Notes: generated by a model not told the origin, from the letters alone. A DNA stretch of 64,000 bases from an uncultured Phycisphaerales bacterium (GCA_963772725.1 CAVYYI010000001.1:832001-896000); one strand, 5' to 3'; shown: positions 1-11,062, counted from the stretch's first letter. Numbers and translations: made by a program.

Positions 1-150
1 AATATTCGATAAACCAAATCTGATAAAGCAGGGTCAATCTTGTCATCCTTTCTTGAAAATCATCGAAATTCCGCCGAGGGCGGATAATCAGCGTTTCCTG
101 TTTGTGATTGAACCAAAGCCTTGTTTTTGTTATATATGTTTATATGAACC

Positions 151-175
151 GGACTCCCGCTTTCGCGGGAATGAC
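151..175. repeat. REP-like palindrome GGACTCCCGCTTTCGCGGGAATGAC
   Basis: CCCGC-TTTC-GCGGG hairpin plus GAATGAC tail; same family as 55417-55478. Confidence 0.75.
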
Positions 176-182
176 AAAAGCG

Positions 183-626
183 ATGAAGAGCGAGAAGAAA
201 AAAATCCTGTTTTTGTGTACCGGCAACTGCTGCCGCAGCCAGATAGCCGAAGGCTGGTCCCGACATTTGAAAAACGACATTTTTGACGTTTACTCCGCTG
301 GGGTAAGTCCCGGTAACGAAGTTAATACAATAGCCATCCGCGTAATGGCCGAGTCCGGCATTGATATCTCGTCGCAAAGACCTAAACATCTCGATACATT
401 GCAGGGAATCGATTTTGATTATGTCGTAACGCTCTGTGACAATGCAAACAAAACCTGCCCCGTATTCCCGGGTAAAGCCAAAGTGATTCATAACAGCTTT
501 TACGACCCGTCCTTTATGCCCGGCAGCGAAGAGGAAATCCTCGAAGCTTTCAGGAAACTAAGAGATGATATACGCACATTAGTTGAGAATATGCCCGAAA
601 ATCTGGAAGGAACCAAGGAAAAATGA
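183..626 (+). CDS. arsC: Arsenate reductase ArsC (LMW-PTP fold, thioredoxin-type)
   Basis: ILFLCTGNCCRSQIAEG P-loop, SAG, TLCD..CP and DP motifs. Start taken at MKSEKKK because the upstream extension runs through a REP-like palindrome. Confidence 0.9.
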   Translation: MKSEKKKILFLCTGNCCRSQIAEGWSRHLKNDIFDVYSAGVSPGNEVNTIAIRVMAESGIDISSQRPKHLDTLQGIDFDYVVTLCDNANKTCPVFPGKAKVIHNSFYDPSFMPGSEEEILEAFRKLRDDIRTLVENMPENLEGTKEK

Positions 627-2353
627 AAAAAGAACTGCTGGAGAAATACAGTTCCGCCGCCACATTGTCTGATATGGAGATTTTTGTCTTCCCTGAGCTT
701 ATGTACAGCCTTGTGCTTGCCAATATCATGAGCCCTGTTATTTGGAAATGGCGTGATGAGGATTCTTTTAAAAAACTGGAAAATAAAGGCCCATATAAAA
801 AACTTATGCGGCTAAAACAGTTCATAATGGACAATTATGAATTCAATCTTGACCTCGAGACATGGGGTCTTACTACCAAGGAAAAGGAAATCGAGCGGTT
901 CAAGGATTTTATTCCGCCGGACGAAATCTCCAAAAGTAACGCCCTTTTCGGTTACGAGGGGGACAAATATTATTTCGACGTGGATATACGAAAACATTTC
1001 GGGCTGGATAAATACACCGCAAATATAATCCCCTACTGGAAAACAGAAACAGTTGAGGCGATGAACGCTTTTCGCCGCAAGAGCGGTTATAATACCGGGG
1101 CAGGTGAATGCGTATCGCTTTCATCTTTATATGCTGCCGCCGCTTTTATTGTCTGCGGAATACCCCTTGAGGATATTTACATGGTGCTTACCCCCCTGCA
1201 TTCGCAGAATTTCATCGATATACAAGACGGTGTTCTCACAAATAACAGAAGGCTTGTTACCAAAACTATGTGGTTCAATGGAACAGCCATATCCAACAAA
1301 GCTCAGCGTGCCTTACGTAATGAGCAGGTTACAATCGTTGCTCATAATACTGGTTTTGTTCACTGCCTGTATAAAGACGCGACCATTGATAAAAATGCTT
1401 ATGGACACTTAATCGAACGGCTAAGCGATTTTGTCTCAACCGAACTGACTTCTTCTACTCTGCCAAACTTTTTAAGAAGCAACACCCAATATCAGAAATA
1501 TTTTCAGTTCTGCTGCGAACATTGCCGCAGCGGGCCAAGATTCGCTAAAGCAGAGGTGCTATTCGATTACGAACATAACAGCCGATATAACGTTTCCGAT
1601 GAAACATCTGAGAAATTAATCGAAGAGGTTTCCGAAGAGGATACCCTGTCTTACAAAATTACAGATAGGATATGCTGCCAGGAATTTTTTGAAACCGTAA
1701 AGCGAGAAAACGCGGATATAAGACAGGAATCGGGCAGAAACGTTATAAAGAAATATCTGACACCTTACGTTCCCGATATCGATAAATTTCTAACCGAACT
1801 TGCGGATTTTATGCACGTAACACCTAAACTTCCCGAAGCTGACAAAAATTATATCCCGGGCAATCCAATCAATATTTCTCCAGACTGGAGCAGAGAACAG
1901 ATAATCGCTTATCTTCAGGAAATACGAAATAGAAATATAACTGCTGACATGGCTTTTTACGCCTACAGAGATATGGAAAGCTGCGACTGGAAACCGTTTG
2001 TTAAAGCCGCCATCGAACGCAGCCCTGTTTCGGTTGAGCAGACAAAATTAATGTCCATTGATGAAATATATTCTTTGCTTATTAATATGAACGAGGAATC
2101 AATTTATGGTAATAAACGTCTCGCCCAGCCTGATGAACTGGCCAATTACAAAACCGGCGACGGTCTGGAAAAAGCCTTCTTTCTCGCCAATATTATCCGT
2201 CACAGAAATCCGAGCACAAAACTCAAAATAACAGTAAATAATAACGAAATTCTTTTAGATAGCGGACGAAAATATGCATTCAAATCGGGGAAAATGCTGA
2301 AAAAACAGATTGTCATCACTGAAGACAATTCCATTGATATAACAGACTTATAG
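623..2353 (+). CDS. Hypothetical 576-aa protein, possible transglutaminase/papain-like fold
   Basis: Long ORF overlapping the arsC stop (ATGA). GECVSLS..PLHSQNFID could be a Cys-His-Asp triad (inference). Confidence 0.75.
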   Translation: MKKELLEKYSSAATLSDMEIFVFPELMYSLVLANIMSPVIWKWRDEDSFKKLENKGPYKKLMRLKQFIMDNYEFNLDLETWGLTTKEKEIERFKDFIPPDEISKSNALFGYEGDKYYFDVDIRKHFGLDKYTANIIPYWKTETVEAMNAFRRKSGYNTGAGECVSLSSLYAAAAFIVCGIPLEDIYMVLTPLHSQNFIDIQDGVLTNNRRLVTKTMWFNGTAISNKAQRALRNEQVTIVAHNTGFVHCLYKDATIDKNAYGHLIERLSDFVSTELTSSTLPNFLRSNTQYQKYFQFCCEHCRSGPRFAKAEVLFDYEHNSRYNVSDETSEKLIEEVSEEDTLSYKITDRICCQEFFETVKRENADIRQESGRNVIKKYLTPYVPDIDKFLTELADFMHVTPKLPEADKNYIPGNPINISPDWSREQIIAYLQEIRNRNITADMAFYAYRDMESCDWKPFVKAAIERSPVSVEQTKLMSIDEIYSLLINMNEESIYGNKRLAQPDELANYKTGDGLEKAFFLANIIRHRNPSTKLKITVNNNEILLDSGRKYAFKSGKMLKKQIVITEDNSIDITDL

Positions 2354-2405
2354 CGTAACGCTTTTTGAAAAAAGAAAAAAATATAAAAATATTTTTTATT
2401 TTGTC

Positions 2406-2441
2406 TTGACTATTAAGCTTAGTAGGACTATATTAGTCTTA
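2406..2441 (+). promoter_or_regulatory. Sigma70 promoter with an overlapping Rrf2-type operator
   Basis: TTGACT(2406)-17 nt-TATATT(2429); inverted repeat TAGGACTA-TAT-TAGTCTTA (2423-2441) covers the -10. Confidence 0.7.
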
Positions 2442-2476
2442 TATAAAATGATAAAGTTTTTTAAGGTATCGGCTAT

Positions 2477-2920
2477 ATGGATATTTTGAGACGAAACACT
2501 GACTATGCCATTCGTGCGATGGTTTACCTCGCTGCCAACTATGACAAAGAGTCCGTTCCTACGCGGATGCTTGCCGACGCGGAAGATATTTCCTACGAAC
2601 TGGCCTGTAAGATTATGCAGAGGCTAAACAAGGCCAAACTCGTTAAAAGCGAAATGGGGCCTAAAGGCGGCTTTAGCTTAAATAAAAAGCCATCGGAAAT
2701 AACCCTCGGAGACGTTATAAAAGTTATCCAAGGGCAAATCAGGATAAACAGATGCCTTGCCCGCAATTTCAAATGCACCCTGAAAGTTGATTGCCCTGTG
2801 CATCCCAGGTTATTCAAATTGCAGGAAAACCTGGATAGTTATTTTAACAATATAACCTTGTCCGATATTCTCAAAACTGGCGGCAAACCAAAGACTAACA
2901 AAAAGGAACAGAAAAAATGA
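2477..2920 (+). CDS. Rrf2 family transcriptional regulator
   Basis: TDYAIRAM, S.MGPKGGF.L, ITLGDVI and three C-terminal Cys. Confidence 0.92.
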   Translation: MDILRRNTDYAIRAMVYLAANYDKESVPTRMLADAEDISYELACKIMQRLNKAKLVKSEMGPKGGFSLNKKPSEITLGDVIKVIQGQIRINRCLARNFKCTLKVDCPVHPRLFKLQENLDSYFNNITLSDILKTGGKPKTNKKEQKK

Positions 2921-3255
2921 AAGAGGCAAATTTACTTAAATCCTGTGTAGCAAACGGCCAGAACATTCAGGCATTGATTGAATACTCGCCTGATTCAATC
3001 GTAAGTAAAACCATCATCGATAAATCAACTGGCACAATCACATTGTTTGCCTTCGACAAAGGGCAGAAACTTAGCGAGCATACCGCTCCTTATGACGCGG
3101 TCGTTCAGATTATAGACGGCAAAGGCAAGCTGACTATTGGATGTAAGGATGTAACAGTCACACAAGGCGAAATTATAATAATGCCCGGCAACGTCTCCCA
3201 CGCCGTCGCCGCCGAAGAAAAGTTCAAAATGCTCCTTACTATGATTCGCGCCTGA
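2917..3255 (+). CDS. Cupin domain protein
   Basis: LFAFDKGQKLSEHTAP...IIMPGNVSHAV cupin motifs. Confidence 0.9.
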   Translation: MKEANLLKSCVANGQNIQALIEYSPDSIVSKTIIDKSTGTITLFAFDKGQKLSEHTAPYDAVVQIIDGKGKLTIGCKDVTVTQGEIIIMPGNVSHAVAAEEKFKMLLTMIRA

Positions 3256-3322
3256 ATGGCGGAAGAACTCTTTTTAAAAAATTAGACATACATTTGAATA
3301 TTTTTAAAATGAAAGGAAAAAA

Positions 3323-4609
3323 ATGTTTTGCTATCAATGTGAACAGACTGCGGGCGGAACCGGATGCACAAAAATCGGTGTCTGCGGAAAAAATCCAGAT
3401 ATCCAGAGTTTGCAGGACACTCTTCTCTTCGGATTAAAAGGGATCGGCGCGTATGCTTATCATTCTCGCCAACTTGGACAAAAAGATGAACAGGTCGATG
3501 CTTTTATGCACGAGGCTCTTTTCTCGACACTGACCAACGTTGACTTCGATTTGGGACGTTACGTCGAGCTTGTCCTTAAGGCTGGCGAAATGAACCTGCG
3601 TGCGATGGAAATGCTAAATAACGCTAACACCTCCAGATTTGGAACCCCCAAACCCGCTACCGTGGCAAAAGGCACAAAAGCCGGACACGGAATCGTAGTT
3701 ACAGGCCACGATTTGCTCGACCTGTACGAACTGCTCGTTCAGACCGAGGGTAAAGGCATAAACATCTATACCCACGGTGAAATGCTTCCTGCGCACGGCT
3801 ACCCTGAACTGCGAAAGTTTAAACATCTTGTCGGTAATTACGGTACCGCTTGGCAAAACCAGAGAACAGAATTCGACCAATTCCCCGGCGCAATTCTGGT
3901 AACGACCAATTGTGTTATGATTCCAAAAGATTCGTATAAAGGTCGTATGTTTACCTGCGGCATCGCCGGTGTTGATGGTGTAAAACACATCAAAACAAGA
4001 GATTTCACCGAAGTTATCAATAAGGCCCTGTCTCTGCCCAAACTTTCGGAAAATCCACAGGGGACGTTAAGCACAGGATTCCACTACACTGCTGTACTTG
4101 GTCTTGCAGATAAAATCATCGCTGCTGTTAAAGCAGGTAAAATCAAACACTTCTTCTTTATCGGCGGCTGCGACGGCGCAAAACCAGGACGCAATTACTA
4201 CACCGAATTTGCCGAGAAAGTGCCAAAGGATTGTGTAATTCTTACCGCGGCCTGTGGTAAATACAGAATTAACGCCGCAGATTACGGCACCATCGACGGC
4301 ATACCCAGACTGATTGACACCGGCCAATGCAACGACTGTTACTCAGTTATCAAAATTGCTGTGGCACTGGCCGAAGCCTTTAAGTGCGGTGTGAACGATT
4401 TACCAGTCTCTCTCGTTGTTTCATGGTACGAACAAAAGGCAGTTGCAATCCTTCTGACGCTGCTTCATCTTGGAATCAAAAATATAAAATTAGGGCCGAG
4501 CATGCCCGCGTTTTTGAGTCCAAACGTAGTCAATCTGCTTGTGGAAAAATATAACATAAGTCCGATTGGAAACGTGGACGAAGACCTGGCCCAGATGTTA
4601 AAACAATAA
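3323..4609 (+). CDS. hcp: Hybrid cluster protein (hydroxylamine reductase), short form
   Basis: MFCYQCEQT..GC..GVCGK, TGHDL, THGEMLP, GGCDG, GQCND, WYEQKA. Confidence 0.96.
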   Translation: MFCYQCEQTAGGTGCTKIGVCGKNPDIQSLQDTLLFGLKGIGAYAYHSRQLGQKDEQVDAFMHEALFSTLTNVDFDLGRYVELVLKAGEMNLRAMEMLNNANTSRFGTPKPATVAKGTKAGHGIVVTGHDLLDLYELLVQTEGKGINIYTHGEMLPAHGYPELRKFKHLVGNYGTAWQNQRTEFDQFPGAILVTTNCVMIPKDSYKGRMFTCGIAGVDGVKHIKTRDFTEVINKALSLPKLSENPQGTLSTGFHYTAVLGLADKIIAAVKAGKIKHFFFIGGCDGAKPGRNYYTEFAEKVPKDCVILTAACGKYRINAADYGTIDGIPRLIDTGQCNDCYSVIKIAVALAEAFKCGVNDLPVSLVVSWYEQKAVAILLTLLHLGIKNIKLGPSMPAFLSPNVVNLLVEKYNISPIGNVDEDLAQMLKQ

Positions 4610-4620
4610 GGGATTGGAAA

Positions 4621-5365
4621 ATGGCTTTGCGAAATATTGTAAAAATAGACGAAAGCAAATGCAATGGTTGCGGCCTCTGTGCAAAAGCTCGCCGAAGGGG
4701 CTATAGAAATAATCAATGGCAAGGCAAAGCTTGTCAGCGAAATCTACTGCGATGGCCTGGGGGCATGTATCGGACATTGCCCCCAGAAAGCCATCACCAT
4801 TGAAAAAAGAGAATCCGCCGAATTTGATGAAACAGAGGTTAAACAACACCTCTCTCGCAAAAAGCCGGAGAAAAAGCATATCGCTTTTACCTGTCCCGGC
4901 CTGATGACCAAACAGCTTAGAAATAAGGCTTCCGTATCCTCAGATACTACCAATGTACCTTCTCAGCTTATTCATTGGCCTGTGCAGCTTAAACTCGTAC
5001 CAGTCAATGCGCCCTACTTCGCAAATGCCGATTTACTTATGGTCGGCGATTGCGTGCCTTTCGCGATGGGTGATTTTCACAACAAACTCCTCAAAGGTAA
5101 AAGCGTAGTTATCGGCTGCCCCAAACTTGACGACACAGCGTTCTACATTGATAAGTTTGCGGAAATACTGCAAAAAAACAAAATAAACAGTCTAACCGTA
5201 ATACATATGGAAGTTCCTTGCTGTTTCGGCCTGACTAACATTGCGCGTCAAGCAATCCGACGCAGCAAAGCTAATATATCCCTTGACGATATTACCATTG
5301 ATTTACACGGCAATATCAGTAATATTGAAAAAATTTCGGAGACCAATATAGAAAAGGTAACTTAA
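4621..5365 (+). CDS. 4Fe-4S dicluster protein; one gene split by a frameshift near 4690
   Basis: KCNGCGLC (ORF 4621) continues as EGAI..CDGLGACIGHCP..WPVQL..GCPKLD..MEVPCC (ORF 4664). Confidence 0.85.
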
Positions 5366-5366
5366 A

Positions 5367-6404
5367 ATGAAGCCTGAGCTTTTGAAATCAATAGCTTTGA
5401 ATTTTCTGGACACATTGCTCGAGATGTCGCCATACCTTTTGTTCGGTTTTTTTATAGCAGGGATTCTTTCCGCCTTTATTTCCCAAAAACTCGTCGAAAG
5501 ACATCTCGGTGGAAAAGGCATTTGGCCACTAATTAAAGCCTCCATTTTTGGCGTCCCCCTGCCTTTATGCTCCTGCGGTGTAATTCCGGTATCGATGTCT
5601 CTGTACAAACATGGCGCTAGCAGAGGCTCAACAATAGCTTTCCTCCTTTCAACCCCTCAAACCGGCGCTGACAACGTTTTGGTTGTATTTAGTCTTCTTG
5701 GGCCAGTCTTTGCTGTTTTCAGCCCCATTGTAGCATTTACTTCCGGGATTATAGGCGGAACTTTAGTCGATTTATTCGACCGCAATTCCCATAGTGACAT
5801 CGCTCCTCCGCCAAAATGCACAGGAGAATGTTGCGGCGGCGAAAAAAGGAACCATAAAATTCTAAAAGGCTTGAAATACGGTTTTATTACTCTGCCCCGC
5901 GATATAGGTAAACCATTGCTTATCGGATTGGTTATTGCCGCTCTTATCTCCGCTTTTGTTCCCAAAGATTTTTTTGCTGAAAGTATCGGCACCGGTATCA
6001 CTTCCATGTTTATTATGATGCTTATTGGAATACCAATTTACGTTTGTTCCAGTGCCTCGGTACCAATTGCCGCCGCGATGATATTAAAAGGACTGTCTCC
6101 AGGTGCGGCACTCGTTTTTCTTATGACAGGTCCTGCAACAAATGCCGCTTCAATCGCGACTATATGGAAAATGCTTGGCTGGAAAACAGCTATTTTATAT
6201 TTGATTAGCATCGCAGGATGCGCTCTTATGGCAGGAGTTACGCTCAACTATATTCTTACTGACTTTTTCCCAAACGAGGCACCAATGCATCATCACGTTG
6301 AGATGATTCCGTTAGCCGCAAAATACCTTTCCGCTGCCGTTCTTATGGCCGTGTTGATTTATGCTATTATAACGAAAAAAGCCGAGGATGCCCCGAAAAA
6401 ATAA
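5367..6404 (+). CDS. DUF318/ArsP-type permease (putative metal efflux)
   Basis: PLPLCSCGVIP, FLLSTP, PIYVCSSASVP, GPATN; multiple TM helices. Confidence 0.88.
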   Translation: MKPELLKSIALNFLDTLLEMSPYLLFGFFIAGILSAFISQKLVERHLGGKGIWPLIKASIFGVPLPLCSCGVIPVSMSLYKHGASRGSTIAFLLSTPQTGADNVLVVFSLLGPVFAVFSPIVAFTSGIIGGTLVDLFDRNSHSDIAPPPKCTGECCGGEKRNHKILKGLKYGFITLPRDIGKPLLIGLVIAALISAFVPKDFFAESIGTGITSMFIMMLIGIPIYVCSSASVPIAAAMILKGLSPGAALVFLMTGPATNAASIATIWKMLGWKTAILYLISIAGCALMAGVTLNYILTDFFPNEAPMHHHVEMIPLAAKYLSAAVLMAVLIYAIITKKAEDAPKK

Positions 6405-6405
6405 T

Positions 6406-7275
6406 ATGACAGCATGGACGATACAACAGCTTCTCAACTGGATTACAAAGCACTTTACGGATAAAGGCCTCAACGCACCACGCCTCAGCGCCGAACTCTT
6501 GCTCAGTCACGTTCTCTCAATGAAACGGATTGAGCTATACACACAATTCGATAAGATAATCGCAAAGCCGCAATTAGACCATCTGCATGATTTGATAAAA
6601 CGCGCTGATGAACATGAACCTGTCGCGTATCTCATCGGCAGGACTGAATTTTATTCTCTCGAAATTAATGTAAGCAGAGATTGCCTGATACCACGGTCGG
6701 AAACCGAACTCCTTGTCGAACGGGCAATTGAGTTTATGCGAAAACGCAGCGGAAGACAAAAGGTTTGCGATTTATGCACCGGCAGTGGATGTATTGCCGT
6801 GGCCATCGCTAAAAATTTTGCCGATGTCGATATAATCGCAACCGATATTTCCAGTTCCGCTCTTGATATTGCAGCTAAGAACATAGAAAAATATGGCCTC
6901 AATAATAAAGTAACCCTCCTTTGCGGCGATTTATTTGAGCCGATTCTCCCGCAAATAGATTCCGCTCAATTTGACGTGATTGTATGTAATCCGCCCTATG
7001 TAAGCACCTCGGAATTTGATACTCTCGATAAAAATGTAAAAGATTACGAACCAAAATTGGCGTTGCTGGCTGGTGCCGACGGTCTGGACATTTACAGAAA
7101 AATCGCCGGTAATGCGAAAAAGTTTTTAAAACCCGGCGGCAGGTTGATGCTCGAAATAGGTTATAATCAAGGGCAACCCGTTAAAGAACTCCTTGAAAAG
7201 GCAGGCGGTTTTACCAAAATAACTATCGAAAAAGACTTCGCAAACCATGACCGCGCTGTCTTGGTAGAAAATTAA
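6406..7275 (+). CDS. prmC: Release factor glutamine methyltransferase
   Basis: EPVAYLIG, LIPRSETE, DLCTGSGCIA, NPPY. Confidence 0.95.
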   Translation: MTAWTIQQLLNWITKHFTDKGLNAPRLSAELLLSHVLSMKRIELYTQFDKIIAKPQLDHLHDLIKRADEHEPVAYLIGRTEFYSLEINVSRDCLIPRSETELLVERAIEFMRKRSGRQKVCDLCTGSGCIAVAIAKNFADVDIIATDISSSALDIAAKNIEKYGLNNKVTLLCGDLFEPILPQIDSAQFDVIVCNPPYVSTSEFDTLDKNVKDYEPKLALLAGADGLDIYRKIAGNAKKFLKPGGRLMLEIGYNQGQPVKELLEKAGGFTKITIEKDFANHDRAVLVEN

Positions 7276-7541
7276 TAATCGTTTTTATAATCCGATAACT
7301 CCTTGATATTGCTCGAGTTGCGGATATTACACCAAAATATTTCCGTTGTTTTTATTAAAAATACGCAAAAAAGACTTGTTTTTTTGAGACTTTGTGTTAT
7401 ACTTATTTTAAAGCTGTGTGTTTTACCGGCGAAGACTGGGAAGAGAAAACTCAAAGGGAGTGGGGAAACAATACTGGAAGTTTGCAAAGCGCAAACTTTC
7501 TATATTAATATTTTTTTCCTGCCCCCCTTTCTGAATTTTTT

Positions 7542-8486
7542 TTAGTCAAGCGAAAGCCGAATATCCTCATAGAACTCAGCATACTTGTCCTTGTTAGGAG
7601 TCTGCCGCATCTTTATAGCGGCACGGGGATGTTCGTTCAGTATGCCAGTAATCATATACGGTATGATATAACCCCATTCAATTTCACTGCGCATAGGCAG
7701 CATATAATCCTCAATAACCTTCAAAATTGGCGTCAGGTTAAACTTGGGATTCTTAAGAAAGCCTATTAGTAACTCAAGGCAGCAGTTGCCGGGACCTCGG
7801 CCTATACCATAGAGTGAAGCATCGTGATAATTGGCATTGTGAATAATACCCTCCACGGTATTGCTGAACGCGAGCTGCTGATTATTGTGACAATGCATAC
7901 CAATTTCCTTGCCAGGCAAATGATGCTGGAACAATTTAACAAGATATTCTATCTGCTCACAATATAATGCGCCAAAACTGTCAACCACGTAAACAACATC
8001 TACCTTTGTTTTGTCGAGCTGCTTCAGTGCCTCGATAAGGTCAGGCTCAATTTCCTTTGAAATGGCCATAATATTAGCAGTTGTCTCATAACCCAAATCG
8101 TGGCACCTGTTTATAAGGTCCACTGCTTTATCGATATCCTTAACATAAGTAGCCACCCGAATCATATCTATAGGACTTTCATCCGCAGGCTTAAATACCT
8201 GTTCCTTTACACGATGTGCGTCAACCATTATGCTAAGCTTCAGGTTTGATTCGATTCCATCAATTATCTCAGATATTTTCTCGTCATCGCAATATTTCCA
8301 CGCACCGTACTCCTTTGGCGAAAACAACTCTCTGCTGCAGCGATACCCCATTTCCATATAGTCAATTCCGCTCAATGATAACGCCTTGTACACTGCGAGT
8401 ACAAAATCGTCTGTGAAATAATGGTTATTAATAAGCCCGCCGTCCCTGATTGTACAGTCCAGCACTTTGATTTTTTCTCTAAACAT
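7542..8486 (-). CDS. DRE-TIM metallolyase (HMGL-like aldolase)
   Basis: LDCTIRDGG, VDSFG, HCHNN, GRGPGN. Confidence 0.85.
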   Translation of the reverse strand: MFREKIKVLDCTIRDGGLINNHYFTDDFVLAVYKALSLSGIDYMEMGYRCSRELFSPKEYGAWKYCDDEKISEIIDGIESNLKLSIMVDAHRVKEQVFKPADESPIDMIRVATYVKDIDKAVDLINRCHDLGYETTANIMAISKEIEPDLIEALKQLDKTKVDVVYVVDSFGALYCEQIEYLVKLFQHHLPGKEIGMHCHNNQQLAFSNTVEGIIHNANYHDASLYGIGRGPGNCCLELLIGFLKNPKFNLTPILKVIEDYMLPMRSEIEWGYIIPYMITGILNEHPRAAIKMRQTPNKDKYAEFYEDIRLSLD

Positions 8487-8500
8487 TTTTCAACCTTAAA

Positions 8501-9611
8501 TTATCTTATATTTTTAAACAGATTATCTATTGCTCTGTGAACAAGTTCCTCTTCAACCTCAACTGCCCACTGGCCGTCGCGGCTGTAAACGTGTCCTATT
8601 TTGTCGATTAGCACAAAATCTCGGCCACTTATTTACGGCTTTTTTATCACGTCTTATTATATCAAAAACCGTTTCCTTTTTCAAATCGGCAGGCAATATA
8701 ACAGGAACGCCTAACTTTGTCAAAAGGCTTTTTATCCTGTCTAACCGTCCCGGCTCTGACAGCCTCATTTCGGTCTCTATTAATCCCGACGCTATTATTC
8801 CGATGGCGACTGATTCGCCGTGAAGCAGCTTAAAACCGCTGGCCGCCTCCAACGCGTGGCCAATGGTATGGCCGTAATTCAATATCCTTCGCTGATTTTC
8901 CTCCATCGGGTCGGCTTCTACCACACTGGCTTTAATCTTGCAGTTGTAATAAGCTATTTTTTCAAGGACTCCCGGTTCTCTTTTTAATAAAGCATTAAGA
9001 TTACTTTCCAGGAAAAAAAAATATTGTTCATCCGCTATTAACGCATGCTTGACAGATTCAACTAATCCCGCCCTGAACTGACGCTCATCCAGCGTTGCCA
9101 ATGTTGCGACATCAATATAAACGGCCACAGGCTGCCAGAACGCACCAAACGCGTTCTTGCTTATACTCGAATCCACTCCCGTTTTACCGCCTATAGCTGA
9201 ATCTGCCTGCGCAACTGTCGTCGTTGGTACCTGGATAACCTTGAGTCCCCTTTTGAAAATCGCTGCGGCGAATCCCGCGATATCTCCGACCGTTCCCCCG
9301 CCCAGTGCGACAACCACAGTATCCCGTCCAAGATAGGCCTTTTCCATTGATTCAATTATTGATACTACCGTTTGAATATTCTTGGACTGTTCACCTGCGG
9401 GTGTTATTACAAATACTGGCACATCATTTTGGCCAAGAAGTGTCTTCAAATGTCCCGCTGAAACAACGTTCTGGTCTGTTATGACAAATTTACTGCTTTT
9501 AGCGAAATCCGCTTCGATTCGACTCCATAAAGAGTCAAGAAACTTTGTACCGATAGCTATTTTATAACGGCGGGCTTTAACGGGCGGAATTTTAACATGA
9601 AGTTCTATCAT
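8501..9611 (-). CDS. aroB: 3-dehydroquinate synthase; extra T near 8616 shifts the C-terminus
   Basis: GGGTVGD, PTT..DSAIGGKTG, LNYGHTIGHALE, HGESVAIG. The shifted frame gives VLIDKIG... to a stop at 8501. Confidence 0.93.
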
Positions 9612-9652
9612 TTTTAGCGATTGGGAAAACCTTACATTTGAGGGATATTTAT

Positions 9653-10189
9653 TTAAAAGGACATAACCGACTTTACTTTATAACCGGTAAGTTTTTCTCT
9701 GCCAGCCAAATCAGTAAGTTCAATTAGAAATACCGCAGCTTCTATCTTTCCGCCTATTTTTTCAATAAGTTTGCACGCAGCAGCCATTGTCCCTCCGGTT
9801 GCCAGTAAATCATCGACCATCAGGACTTTTGCGTCCTTTCTCACAGCGTCCTTATGTACTTCCAAAGTGTCAACGCCGTATTCGAGGCTGTATGTTATAC
9901 TCTCTGTCTCAAAAGGAAGCTTGCCTTTTTTACGGATGGGAACAAAGCCGGCACCAAGTTTTTCTGCCGCCGCCGAGCCGAATATAAAACCTCTCGCTTC
10001 AACCGCACAGACATATTCAATTCCAGCACTCGCAAAATCTCCGCATAAAGCCTCTATCGCCGCCGCAAACGACTCTGGATTTGCCAGTAATGGAGTAATG
10101 TCGCGAAACAGGATTCCTCGCTTAGGCCAGTCAGGTATATTGCGTATATATTTTTCGAGATTTACAGCTTTTTTATTCATACGGTACAT
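9653..10189 (-). CDS. apt: Adenine phosphoribosyltransferase
   Basis: IPDWPKRGILFRDITPLL, EARGF, RKKGKLP, VDDLLATGGT. Confidence 0.96.
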   Translation of the reverse strand: MYRMNKKAVNLEKYIRNIPDWPKRGILFRDITPLLANPESFAAAIEALCGDFASAGIEYVCAVEARGFIFGSAAAEKLGAGFVPIRKKGKLPFETESITYSLEYGVDTLEVHKDAVRKDAKVLMVDDLLATGGTMAAACKLIEKIGGKIEAAVFLIELTDLAGREKLTGYKVKSVMSF

Positions 10190-10240
10190 TCTTTAATTTC
10201 AGCGGCATTTTAAGAAGAATCAGCCCGTGAAGTGTATAAC

Positions 10241-11062
10241 TCAGATTTGATTCATATATTCATAAAGCTTCGTTAGTGCTTCTCGCTGAATCTGGCGTAT
10301 TCTCTCACGTGTTAAGCCAAGTTTTTGACCGATTTCTCTTAATGTCATTGGTTTACTATTGCTTAAACCGTAATGCAGCTTCAATACCTCAGCCTCACGC
10401 GGCTCTATTTCGCCCAGCAATTTCAATACTTTTTCTTTCTCTTCGTCTTCTTCCAAATCATCTTCAGGTTTTCCAACTTCATGATCCTGAAGATTTAAAT
10501 CAGGCAACAATTCATCTTCTTCTCCCTGTCCGCCAGTGCTGTCTTTCATTGAGCCTATAACTTTAACAACTTCATTTATAATTTTGGCCTTATGCACCGA
10601 CAACTGCATAACCTCTGCTATTTCTGCGATTTTCGGCTGCCTGCCAAGCTTATTTTCCAGTTCCGCGGCCATACGGCGCCATTGATTTATTATTGCCACC
10701 ATATAAGTAGGCACGTGTACCGGCTGAACATTCGTCAGCAATGCCCGCTTGATGCTTTGCTTAATCCACCACGCCGCGTAAGTACTGAAACGAATGCCCC
10801 GCTTTGGGTCAAAGTAATCAACCGCTTTTATCAGGCCTATGTTGCCTTCCTCAATCAAATCACCAAAACTCATACCACGCTCGGCATACCTTTTGGCAAT
10901 ATTAACTACAAGCCTCAGATTGCTCCTTACAAGCCGCTCCCTTGCTGCGGGGTCGTTTTCTTCGACAATTAGTCTGCCAAGCGACTGTTCCTCCTCCATC
11001 GTAAGCAGAGAAGCTTCGTCTATTTCCTTGAGATACTCTTTTAGTGTACTGTCAAATGCTAT
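10241..11062 (-). CDS. Sigma-70 family group 2-like sigma factor; start uncertain (ATA at 11062 or ATG at 11119)
   Basis: [40 protein letters not shown]; no region 1.1. Confidence 0.88.
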   Translation of the reverse strand: MAFDSTLKEYLKEIDEASLLTMEEEQSLGRLIVEENDPAARERLVRSNLRLVVNIAKRYAERGMSFGDLIEEGNIGLIKAVDYFDPKRGIRFSTYAAWWIKQSIKRALLTNVQPVHVPTYMVAIINQWRRMAAELENKLGRQPKIAEIAEVMQLSVHKAKIINEVVKVIGSMKDSTGGQGEEDELLPDLNLQDHEVGKPEDDLEEDEEKEKVLKLLGEIEPREAEVLKLHYGLSNSKPMTLREIGQKLGLTRERIRQIQREALTKLYEYMNQI

